Source: Haliotis rufescens (lineage: Eukaryota). From it: a stretch of DNA of 64,000 bases. Below, piece by piece: positions 54,032 to 64,000 of the stretch (the stretch's first letter is position 1; each line of letters begins with the position of its first letter). The stretch spans positions 16,678,001 to 16,742,000 of the forward strand of contig NW_025964001.1 of assembly GCF_023055435.1 (NCBI RefSeq). Reading direction: 5' to 3'. The position numbers and the translations under genes are program-made. The notes below the pieces were generated by a model. It ran no database searches. It had not been told where the DNA came from and saw only the letters and a program-made list of their open reading frames with translations.

Positions 54032-54700
54032 TCAATTTCTTACAGTGGACAACGCAAGGCACATTTGACCAGCATAATAGGTGGCCATTATTACCACTTC
54101 AGCCAAAGGAACACGAAACTTCCATTTGTCCAGCCCTATCAAACAGTCGGAAAACATAAAGAGCGCAGCACCGCAGGCTCCGTAACAAGCCGAGTTTGTC
54201 CGATCATACATGAAGTGTTCCACAGCCAACCACCCAACCCCAAAAATTAGACCTTGATACACCAGCACTAAAACTTTCATGACAATGGAGCTGATACCAC
54301 TTGAGATGAAGAGGTACAGACACATACTTAGCAACGTGAAGAACACACCGCATCTGGTTCTCTTGAAGTTAAAGTCAGTAGCTAGTCCAAGCATGTAACA
54401 CACATGCGCGACGGCGAAGAAAAGCATGCCGGGAATGAACAGCGTTTCGCGCCATATTAGGCACATGTCCCCGAGGCTGGAGAAGAACAGGCCCACAAAG
54501 AAGTGCCTGGCATATATCGTCTGATGAGAATCTTTGGTTGTGTGGATGAAAAATGCTAACGACCATATGGGGATGGCCTTGACTATGGCCGCGTCCATCG
54601 TCTCCGGTGGGTACTGCAGGTAGGGTCGGTATAGGGCGAAATACGCCCCGACGCTTAGATAGAATGGAATGAGCCGGATGTCCATCAGACTAGTCGCCAT
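54032..54700 (-). CDS. TMEM86: Lysoplasmalogenase-like membrane protein (TMEM86/YhhN family), 222 aa, single coding exon
   Basis: Multi-pass hydrophobic ORF with YhhN motifs VKAIPI, GLFFSSLGDMCL, GMLFFAVAHVCY, GAALFMFSD and IMATYYAGQ. A splice acceptor TTCTCCAG lies 7 nt upstream of the ATG. Confidence 0.93.
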   Translation of the reverse strand: MATSLMDIRLIPFYLSVGAYFALYRPYLQYPPETMDAAIVKAIPIWSLAFFIHTTKDSHQTIYARHFFVGLFFSSLGDMCLIWRETLFIPGMLFFAVAHVCYMLGLATDFNFKRTRCGVFFTLLSMCLYLFISSGISSIVMKVLVLVYQGLIFGVGWLAVEHFMYDRTNSACYGACGAALFMFSDCLIGLDKWKFRVPLAEVVIMATYYAGQMCLALSTVRN

Positions 54701-55090
54701 TCTTGCCCTGGAGAAGATAATTGTTGAATATAAAAGCCACTCTGGTATTTGTTGTCAATTGATATGAATTGTGAAACTGAAGGGGTAAACTCCGCTTTTT
54801 TTTGGTCTTTTTTTTGACATAGCAGATTTTTCTTTTAAATGACAGAAAGGGGAGCTTTGTAATTACACATTAGAGCTAAGACAGCTTTGCGCAAGTAGTT
54901 CGATGTTGGCGGGTGGTGGTCGTCGACATATATGAACTGTCCGGCAAAAGAAGAATCCTCATTCGTTTTGACCAAATATTTACATACTTCATGAAAAAGA
55001 TACTTGTGAAAACAGTCGCAGAAACACTTCACACTTGATAACCTTTTCTTGTTGGTTGTATTTTTAGCTACCATCACTCATGGGTGTATA

Positions 55091-55275
55091 CAGTAAACTA
55101 CGTTTATAACGAACACGCTTCTAACGAACTGACGGATATAACGAAATGTGTTTTGATCCTGTCCATTTGCTGTATATTTGCTGTATACATGATGTATATA
55201 TGCTTCTAACGAACTACGGTTATAACGAAGTAAAATTAGTGTTCCTTTTGAGTTCGTTATTACCGTAGTTTACTG
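55091..55275. mobile_element. pogo/Tigger-type MITE
   Basis: TA|CAGTAAACTACG...CGTAGTTTACTG|TA with internal TATAACGAA repeats; a second copy lies at 60528. Confidence 0.85.
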
Positions 55276-55356
55276 TACTTTCTTTTGGCAGTTTATCATA
55301 TAACTGACCTACTGTTCACAGCAGCATCCAATCCCATTTCCTACACCCTCCGTATT

Positions 55357-55625
55357 CCCGTGAAGATCCGGGGTAGAATAGGTCTTCAGCAACCCATGCT
55401 TGCCGTAAAAAGGCGACTATGCATGTCGTAAAAGGCGACTAACGGGATCGGGTGGTCAGGCTCGCTGACTTGGTTTATACATGTCATCGGTCCCAATTGC
55501 GTGGATCGATGCTCATGATATTAATCACTGGATTGTCTGGTCCAGACTCGATTATTTTACAGACCCCCGTCATATAGCTGGAATATTGCTGAGTGCTGGG
55601 TTAAACAACATACCAACCAACCAAC
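55357..55625 (+). mobile_element. SINE family B, full length
   Basis: Near-consensus copy, flanked by CCGTAT. Confidence 0.88.
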
Positions 55626-56919
55626 CGTATCCCCGCCATACCGAATTCCATGATTAAAACAAACAACTAATATCCTGTCGCAAAATCAGCCCTAATTTAG
55701 ATGAGGACAAAATAATAAAAAGCATTACTTTTTTTAACCTTAGATGATTTAACACTGGGAGTAAGTCGGGATTTTGTAAATTAGAATTTGTTGGTCCGGT
55801 TAAACCTTGATCCAAATAACAACTGTGTTTCCTATTGACACGTGTAAATAAAAGTGCGAAATGTCTAAACGGTTGTAAGTTTCGTCAACATTATTTCATT
55901 AGGCTTGGAGGAAAATCCACAAAGGGCAGAGAGGGAGAGGGGACAATTGTAAACATCCTATGCATGTGATTAAAAAACATTTAAAATAAAAAGAACACTT
56001 CTAGTTACTCATTTGGACATGTTCGTGCAATCAAGAAATAAAAAAACCCTTATTTTTTTCATCAACCAACAACTTCATTACTCTGGAATCGATTCAGAGA
56101 AACAAGGCTGGCGTGTTCTCCGAGAATTAATCAAATATGCCCTGACATTAGATACATGTCAAATAGGTCAAGCAGAACTAACGTCCGATATGTTTAGTTT
56201 TATTCCTAGTGCCCTGTTTAATAAACATATGACATAATGTCTAACTGCAACAATAAAGGTGGACACTCAGTGCGTTATAGCCGTCCGGTTGATAAAGCGC
56301 TGTTACATCTGACCTTGGTTCCGGGTATAAATCCAGTAGTGGCTACACTTTGCACACTCGTTCTTGGAGTGTAAACGATTTGATATGATATCGCTACTTG
56401 CCTTTGAAAACTCATTAATGACAGTTTCAACATGCATATTAATCAGTATCGAGATACCATTTGAAGTTCGACTTATTTTTAAACCTGTAAAATTTATTGA
56501 CCATTTCCACCAACCTTGAAACGATCTGCGAACCAGCTCCCATGGCAATAAGCTTGTAAGAGTTGTCTCCCTTGTATGATATTTTCCTCTGATTTCTGGC
56601 CAATCACACAGGTCGAAGGTTAAATGTCTGCTGACCTCGGAATTAAAAACAATAACACTATCAATCATTACATGTTAACTCCAAGGACACACACCAATTA
56701 GTATTATGTAATATCGCATCAAGACGATTCTACACAAGGTAATGCCTACACTGATCAATACCTCCATCCACACGTGGTATTGATTAAACACTGCAACCAT
56801 TACCACCATCGAAATAGCACTTTGTACATTTAACGATTGGAATAAAGCCTTCTCGTGCAGTACATACCCAATATACAGCCTGTAAGTGACAGCGTCATTG
56901 TCTTAATTGATCCTGGAGT

Positions 56920-57000
56920 TCAACAGAAAACCGGAGACGAGTGTTGTTTTATCAGCTCGGGGTTGCGCATGTCCCTTGTGATATTGGCGCTCATCAACAT
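56920..57000 (-). CDS. Candidate upstream ORF (26 aa, MLMSANITRDMRNPELIKQHSSPVFC) in the probable TMEM86 leader exon
   Basis: ATG-initiated, with 18 of 26 codons ending in G/C in an AT-rich context. It is followed by a minus-strand donor TTGG|GTATGT at 56868/56867. Unverified. Confidence 0.45.
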   Translation of the reverse strand: MLMSANITRDMRNPELIKQHSSPVFC

Positions 57001-57189
57001 AATGATGGACAAGTCGCATGTACTTTTCAGTGTAGGCGGTGTGTGTAGCTGCTGATCTACAGTAATAGAGCGCGTTGATAGTTGGTGTGTGAGAACGGAT
57101 TTCACATATACTGACACACATTTCACTTGATTATGAGACGGCTGAGTGATGTTTATCTTTCCAAGGTTATCTTGCCTTCCGTGTTACAG

Positions 57190-57335
57190 AGGCGGTTGGG
57201 TAGGCTAGTGGTTAAAGTGTTCGTTCGTCACGCCGAAGACCCGGGTTCGAATCCCCATATGCGTACAATGTGTGAAGCCCATTTCTGGTATTGCTGGAAT
57301 ATTGCTAAAAGCGGCGTAAAACATACTTACTCACA
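57190..57335 (+). mobile_element. SINE family A
   Basis: A and B boxes, shared tail. Confidence 0.8.
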
Positions 57336-57399
57336 CACCCCAGTCCATGTTAACACAGCGGTTTGCTGTGTTAAGATCGCTTTGTGGAATTTGACAGAG

Positions 57400-57989
57400 C
57401 AATCTCATTAAAATCAGATTTAAGTTCTCGCTGCCGCTAAACAAAGAACCGAGGACATCCCATTACGGGTCACGTCAGAACGACTTTTCGCGAACTTTGA
57501 CCGACCACTGAAACGAATAACAAGAAGTCGATATCAGCCAATGAGAAAGCATCTTTCTCGAGCTTTACGGCACTCGTTTCAACCTGCCGACTTCCATTTC
57601 AGACTACGCTTGAAAAATATGTTGACACAGTTCTCGATTAAAATTTTGAAAACTGAACAAAAGAACAATCCGGAATGTCTAATATATGGTTACGATTGTA
57701 TGGCAGTGCTTCCCACGTACTGTGCAACGCCTCCTCCGTTCAAATGTTTATCAGACGATAATTTTGACGGAATCAGTCGTACGGACCGTAACTGTCATTC
57801 GGAATACCCCGTGTCAACGTTTTCGAGGTTGCATGTTTAGAAAACACATTCCGACTGTCACTTTCATGATCTGGTAAGCGACGCTTTGATTGGTCGAATG
57901 AAAGGTCGTTCTGACGTTACCCGTAATGGGATGTCCTCAGATCTTTGTTTAGCGATAGCGAGAACTAAGATCTGATTTTAATGAGATTG
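57400..57989. mobile_element. Mutator (MULE)-type MITE, 590 bp
   Basis: Long (about 90-110 bp) TIRs starting CAATCTCATTAAAATCAGAT; perfect 9-bp TSD TTGACAGAG. Confidence 0.9.
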
Positions 57990-58362
57990 TTGACAGAGAG
58001 ACGGAGGAATGGGGTTAGCCTTGCTCGAAGGCTGTACTGAAAGAAAAGTCCATGGATGTGTAAGTCTAGATATGTGGACAGTAAGGACTCCAGTCTCTAA
58101 AAGGGACAACTTTTTCTTATTATTTACATAATCTAGAACTTATTTTTTAAACTAACTATGATTGCCTTACAGACTTGTGCAAGTCAAGAATAGGGTGTTT
58201 GACATGTTTGAAATAATAGTCTCACTGGTTAATATGTACAATGGATATCTCTCGTAGTCATCAGCAAAGTCTAACTGCGCTTAACTTAATGACTTCAAAT
58301 GAATATGTTATTATGTCCCTTTATGCTTGTATGTAATATAAGCAGCTTCAGTTAGAATCTGT

Positions 58363-58885
58363 TGGTCTTCAGCAACCCATGCTTGCCGTAACAGGCGACT
58401 ATGCTTGTCGTAACAGGCGACTAACGGGATCAGGTGGTCAGACTCGTTGACTTGGTTTGATGCATGTCATTGTATCCCAGTTGCGTTGATCGATGCTCAT
58501 GATTTCAATCACTGGATTGTCCGGTCCAGACTCGATTATTTACAGACCGCCGCCACATAGCTGGAATATTGCTGAATGCGGCGTTGAACAACAAAGCAAC
58601 CAACAAAGCACACAGACTATAACTGTGGTCTTTGCAACACGTAACACACGTTTAACTCCGACGGTCATTCAAATCTGTATAGGAGTAATCCCCCTTAGTG
58701 CAAACAATGAACGTACTAGATGTTGTCTGTTTGTTGTTTAACGCCACACTGCATTATTCAAGCTGTTTGACGGCGGTCTGTAAATAACTGAGCCTTGATC
58801 AGACAATCCAGTGATTAACACCATGAGCGTCGCTCTACGCAATTGGGATACGATGACATGCTTCCACTAATGTAGCGAGCCTGAC
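58363..58885. mobile_element. Two family-B SINEs in tail-to-tail inverted orientation
   Basis: + copy at 58363-58610 and - copy at about 58722-58885. Confidence 0.7.
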
Positions 58886-59580
58886 GACTGTAATCTGATT
58901 ACAAGTGTCTGCATTATGTTAGGTCTGCGTTTTGGGAGGACACTATCGCGCTATCTTGCATATTGTAACGGAGACATGTATCATTGTTGTGAGCTTATGT
59001 GACACACTTGTCATGTTTGAATGAAGAGATACAGATTATTAGTCGCCTGAAACTCCATTCTAAACACATTTATTTTAACAAATGGCTAATCATTGGTTAA
59101 ACCAAAGTCCTGGACCCAAGGATGTGATTCCAATACCTAAGAATGATATAAATACCCGTGGAGGATGATTAGGGACCGGCCATTTGATATTCTGGGGCCT
59201 TGGATTCTGTATGGCGACCAGATATTTGTTTCAGCTAGAGCTGCAAAACCAGATATTTTGTTGATTGAAACTATGAACCTTTTTATTTAAAAAATAATAA
59301 TCTTGCAACAATGTATTTTTTGTGACTGACAATTTCTATTTTTTTCAAAGTCTGAAACAGATATGTTTTCACTGCATTTTCAATGGCCCCAAACAACAAC
59401 AACAAACGCGCAGGTACATTTTATTAGATTTATTGTACGTAATAAAGTCGATATATTTAATTTAAAATCATCGATACAAATATGAAATTTTGGAGCTTGA
59501 TAGTCACATGTTGTCGTTGTGCAAAGGCATTGAAAACTGTTCATTGTCATGTCACATAAGGCCACAGGGTAGCGCTGAAC

Positions 59581-60794
59581 TCAGTATCTCGTGTCCCCGG
59601 GCAGCAATCACGGCTCTGCATCTCCTCGGCACTGACTGGATAAGTGTACGATTTCTATCCTGCGGAATTCTGCGCCATTCTGCTTGTAACGCGTTGCCAG
59701 TTGTGGGAGTGTCTGCAGTGTGTTCTGACGACGTAGACGTCGATCGAGTTCATCCCAGAGGTGTTCGATTGGGTTGAGATCAGGAGATCTCGACGGCCGG
59801 GGGAAGACGTTGATGTTGGCATTATGAAGGTAGTCTACTGTGACACTGTCTACTGTTGAAACACTGTCGCTAAACCACTCTCGTCTCCAGTTTCTCAAAT
59901 TCAAAGGCTGTAAGGTATGGCACCAACGAAAACGTCGCTGTCGATGGATCTGTTACAAATCAGGGACGAAAACTGGTCATCTGGGTCGGATTCCAGCCTT
60001 GCGAAGATGTCTGGTTCGATATCCTCCTCAAACCAGGGATGCGTCCTGCAGTCTCCGTAGCTGTGGCATTGCGATGGCGTAGGTGGAACACTCGAATGTA
60101 GCGATCCTGTGCAGGGGTGGTAACTCTTGGTCGGCCGGTTCTCGGACGGTCTGCAGTGGAAGTGAACTGTGTGTATAGGTCACAAAGGCGGCAAATGGTG
60201 TTGTGGTGGACGTAGAAGTGGCGTGCAACAGAAGACTGCGATTCCCGTCTTTGGATACGCCCAATGGCGATGTTCCGATCGGCAGCGCCGAGTCTTGGCA
60301 TTATCGAACTTGAAAAATGTTGACAGTTGAATGACAAGTTATTGGCTTATGCTTGCCTTTTTATAGCCACTACCACGAGTTACGAATGTCATAACTTGTA
60401 CGTGAATTTTGCTTTACTGTTTTCCTCCATGACATTTTTGTACAAGTGTGAAAACAATGCCAACCCACAATGGCTGCGTTTTGACACACCGTTTGTCGAA
60501 TCTCAGGCGACCAACATTTTCCAATTACAGTAAACTACGGTTATAACGAACACGCTTATAACGAACTGACGGATATAACGAACTTACCTTTTGGTCCCGA
60601 CTACTTGCTGTAGTCATGCTGAATATGTACTTATAACGAACTACGGTTATAACGAACTAAAATTAGTAGTCCCTTTGAGTTCGTTATTACCGTAGTTTAC
60701 TGTATAACATATATCCAATTTATATACCGATATTTTTGTGTAGTCAGGTTCAATGAACTACACACTCCCAGTGCATTTCTTTTTTTAAAGAGTG
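59581..60794 (-). pseudogene. Decayed, internally deleted Tc1 element
   Basis: 5' end TA|CACTCTTTAAAAAAAGAAATGCAC. Translation MPRLGAADRNIAIGRI...DRPRTGRPRVTTPAQDRYI, WFSD, PSRSPDLNPIEHLWDEL, GHTRY*; frameshifts present. Confidence 0.88.
60528..60702. mobile_element. pogo/Tigger-type MITE nested in the Tc1 5' region
   Basis: Same TIR as the 55091 copy; TA TSD. Confidence 0.85.
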
Positions 60795-61277
60795 TATGTT
60801 GAGCACTGCACGTTGCATATGTTGAATGAACTTTGCGCCACTCTTCAGCCGAGATAATGTTGCAACTTCGCAATCATCGAACATAACAGATAGAGAAAGT
60901 AGGCCTGAGAACGGAATTAAAAGACATATGGGACGTCACTACTGTTTTAACGATTCAATATTCTACAAGAATCGACAGGTTGTTGTAAATTATACAGACC
61001 AACATTATACTGAATCATGTTCCAAGTAATGTACACTTGGAAGTGACGGAAATATTTTTGTTTGGACACTCAAAGCATCTTCCCGAGGCAAGGGCGTTAA
61101 CTGACTATACAAGTCTAGTTTCCACTAATAATCGACCACGGCTACGAATTTGTTAAATATTTTCAAATAGTTTGTCAGAACCTTAAATGCTTAGAAGATA
61201 ATCTCAATAGTAGTGTTATAACGGTTTCTCGGGAAAAGGCGTTTAACGTGTTAAGATCTGTGTTTTCACAGTTAATC

Positions 61278-62990
61278 ACCGTGAAGATCCGGTCTTGAAT
61301 TGGTCTTCAGCAACCCGTGGTTGTTGTGAGAGGCATAAGAGCATGGTGCATGTCGATCGATGTTCATGATGTCAGTCACTGGATTGTCTTGTCAAGACTT
61401 GAGTATTTACAGTAACGCCGTCATATACTACTAGATATAATATTGTTGAGTGCGGCATTAAACAACAAAGAAACAAACAAGTGAGTACGAAGTTAAAATA
61501 AAACGCAGATAGATTAGCTACAGGCAAGTCGGATAAGAAAAAGGCTTCGTCTGATGTCATTTATCTCACGAAGAATCAAAAATGCTCTTATATGTACATT
61601 ACGCCCGTGAGTGAACTGGCACATCTTAAGGTAATGATGTAGGAATTGCGTAGATCGATGCTCATGATGTCAGTCACTGGATTGCCTCGTCCAGACTTGA
61701 TCATTTACAGAACGCCGTCATATAGATGGAATGTTGCTGTGTGCACACTGAATTCAGTACATGAATGAGGTAGCATATTTGAAATAAGAATTTCGGGGGT
61801 CGGGTAGCCCTGTCGTCTAAAGCGCCGCAATTCATTTTGCAGAGTTGCGTCCCTTAAAGGAGCCTGTATCCGTGGATCGTGGTTTCGAATCCTAGTTTGC
61901 CCTGATTATTATTCTTGGTTTGTCAGCACCATGTCCGTTCGTGGTTACATCAAAGGGGTAAGCATCTCTGCATCATTTCGGAATGTCCTCCCACATTAAT
62001 ACCGAAACAATACCACTTAATTGGTGTTTTCAGTTTTGAAATTTCGTAGCTCCCTGAAGGTTTCAATTTAGAATATATCACCAGCAACGAAGGTGTGGAC
62101 CGTTGTTCACAATATCAATCACTAGATTGTCTATGCCAGATTCGATTGTTTACAGGCCACTGTCATACAGCTGGAATGACAGCGAGAGCGGCCTTAAACA
62201 ACAAACAAACAATTTGAGCTTTCGTATATAATCCTGCAATAGTAAGGACAGTCAAACGATCTAGGGGGCAGCTGAAGTGTATAAATCTTATAAACTCTGA
62301 CAACAATGTTGACGTTTTATGCACGTTATTATCGAGATGTTTTAATTACGAATACTTTGTTCACCCATGATATATGGATATCCAACTGCATATTTGACAT
62401 TCAACAACGTAATTATGGTATCATTTACAAACAATTTTGTGTAATTAATGAATGTACAATCATATCAACCCACACTGAAAATGTCGCGGTACCACATTAT
62501 ATCATTATATACATATGTGCAGGAAAACTCGCTCGGTCCTGTTCTTCCACATTCCTTCATAGCTCCATATACAGAACAAGGGATCTATACTTTGGACCCA
62601 CAATAATAAATATACAGAAATATATGATATATTTTGATTTTTTCGAGCTGAAGCTTAACACGTCGATTAAAGAGCATATTTACATGTTACACTGGGTGTT
62701 TTTTCCGACGAACCAAGTCGTGCTTATTATATTATTAATGAGTGAATTGGGTTTAATGCCGCTTTAAACTGTGGGTTTTACAGTATTCCAGTTGTATCAC
62801 TCCGTGGCAGATTAATGGAGGAAAGTCCGAAGTGATGCCGGTCTTAGACGCTTAAATAACCATTTGGTGAAACGGGTATAATGCGGGCAAACCAAGGATC
62901 ATAACCAGGGGGATTCGAAACCAAGCTCAGCGGATCCTATCACATGTAAGGGATACAACTCTGTACAGCATTGCGGCACACCACACGGTG
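61278..62990. mobile_element. Cluster of decayed SINEs (family B at about 61278, 61643 and 62100; family C at about 61796 (+) and 62744 (-))
   Basis: Partial consensus matches; boundaries are approximate. Confidence 0.6.
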
Positions 62991-64000
62991 CCACATTTTA
63001 AGGGTGTGTGGTGGCTTAGTTTTTTACACCGTTTATCGAGTGCACCAAGGACATATTGACTAAAATTGTAAACCAAAGCTCATATTAAATTTTCTTCTCT
63101 GGAATTATTTTTTTTTACAGAAAATAGGATGTTCTGAAACCGAATAAGGAAATAAATTGTGCCTCTAAACATGACCTTTGAGCTGAGTCCGTGTCAAGCT
63201 TAATATTGGATATAAATGAGCCGACATTTCACTGCCTCAGTACAGGTCAACATACCAATTATAGTGATCTTCCGTTACTCAAGACGTCCAGAGGCCACTA
63301 ATCGTACATGTTAAGGTAGATATTCATCTGCAAACACCGGGTCATTGACGGGTCGCTGTGACGAGTTTACGCGCTAAAAATAGATCCAGGCCAGTTGTAG
63401 TTGTGAGCGAGACGGGCGTCGCATTACTGGAAACATGTTCTCCCAAAAGTGAGTGTTGTTTATATTGTTTAAACTATTTTACTTAATATTTTGATTACTA
63501 GTCATACATAATGGTTTTTGTTCACGGCAGGAAGGTTAATAACGAAAACGATTAGAAAACAAGGGTTGACAGATGTGTGATGCGATATGACAGCTGTTCG
63601 TTCCTACTGCCATAGTGTGTACATAGAGTTAACACGTGGCTGTTTCCTAGTCAGCTGGCGTGCTTATTTCGTAGTATAGTTTCTGTCGGCTACTTTCACA
63701 CATATCGATTTTCATTGTAACCTATAGCTGCATGTGTGACCTACATTCATCACGTATTTTCACCCAGTGTTAAACAAAGGAACTCATCCGTCAAACTGAT
63801 TGACACGACCATTAAAACACCACTTACAAAAAGAAGGGAGAAATATAAATACTCATACATACATTTGTTTTAACAGGCGTACGGTATTTTGAACACTAAC
63901 AGTCCCACTGTAGGATACGGAGAAGAAAAATACCCGTGTCCCATATGCTTTATAGGCAAAGGCGGGTGAATGCACTCAGTAATACTTCATCTAAAGAAAG

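Overview
Repeat-rich, AT-rich animal genomic DNA with spliceosomal introns. It is most likely a gastropod mollusc (abalone-like, judged from its SINE families). Host genes: the 3' 11 coding exons of PP4 regulatory subunit 3 (SMEK/PPP4R3, +); two tandem intact mARC/MOSC molybdoenzyme paralogues (+; 6 and 7 coding exons); and a lysoplasmalogenase (TMEM86/YhhN, -) with a single coding exon and a probable upstream leader exon carrying a candidate peptide-coding uORF. Mobile DNA includes an apparently intact two-gene Harbinger transposon inserted inside the TIR of an unclassified satellite-carrying TIR element just upstream of the second mARC gene. Also present are decayed Tc1, mariner, DD~82E (Sailor-like) and LINE fragments, a solo LTR, hAT, Mutator, pogo and Harbinger MITEs, four SINE families sharing one 3' tail, and minisatellites (53, 43, 40 and 171 bp). 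The 53-bp array appears to derive from an adjacent splice-donor junction. Most of the short ORFs in the supplied track are spurious.
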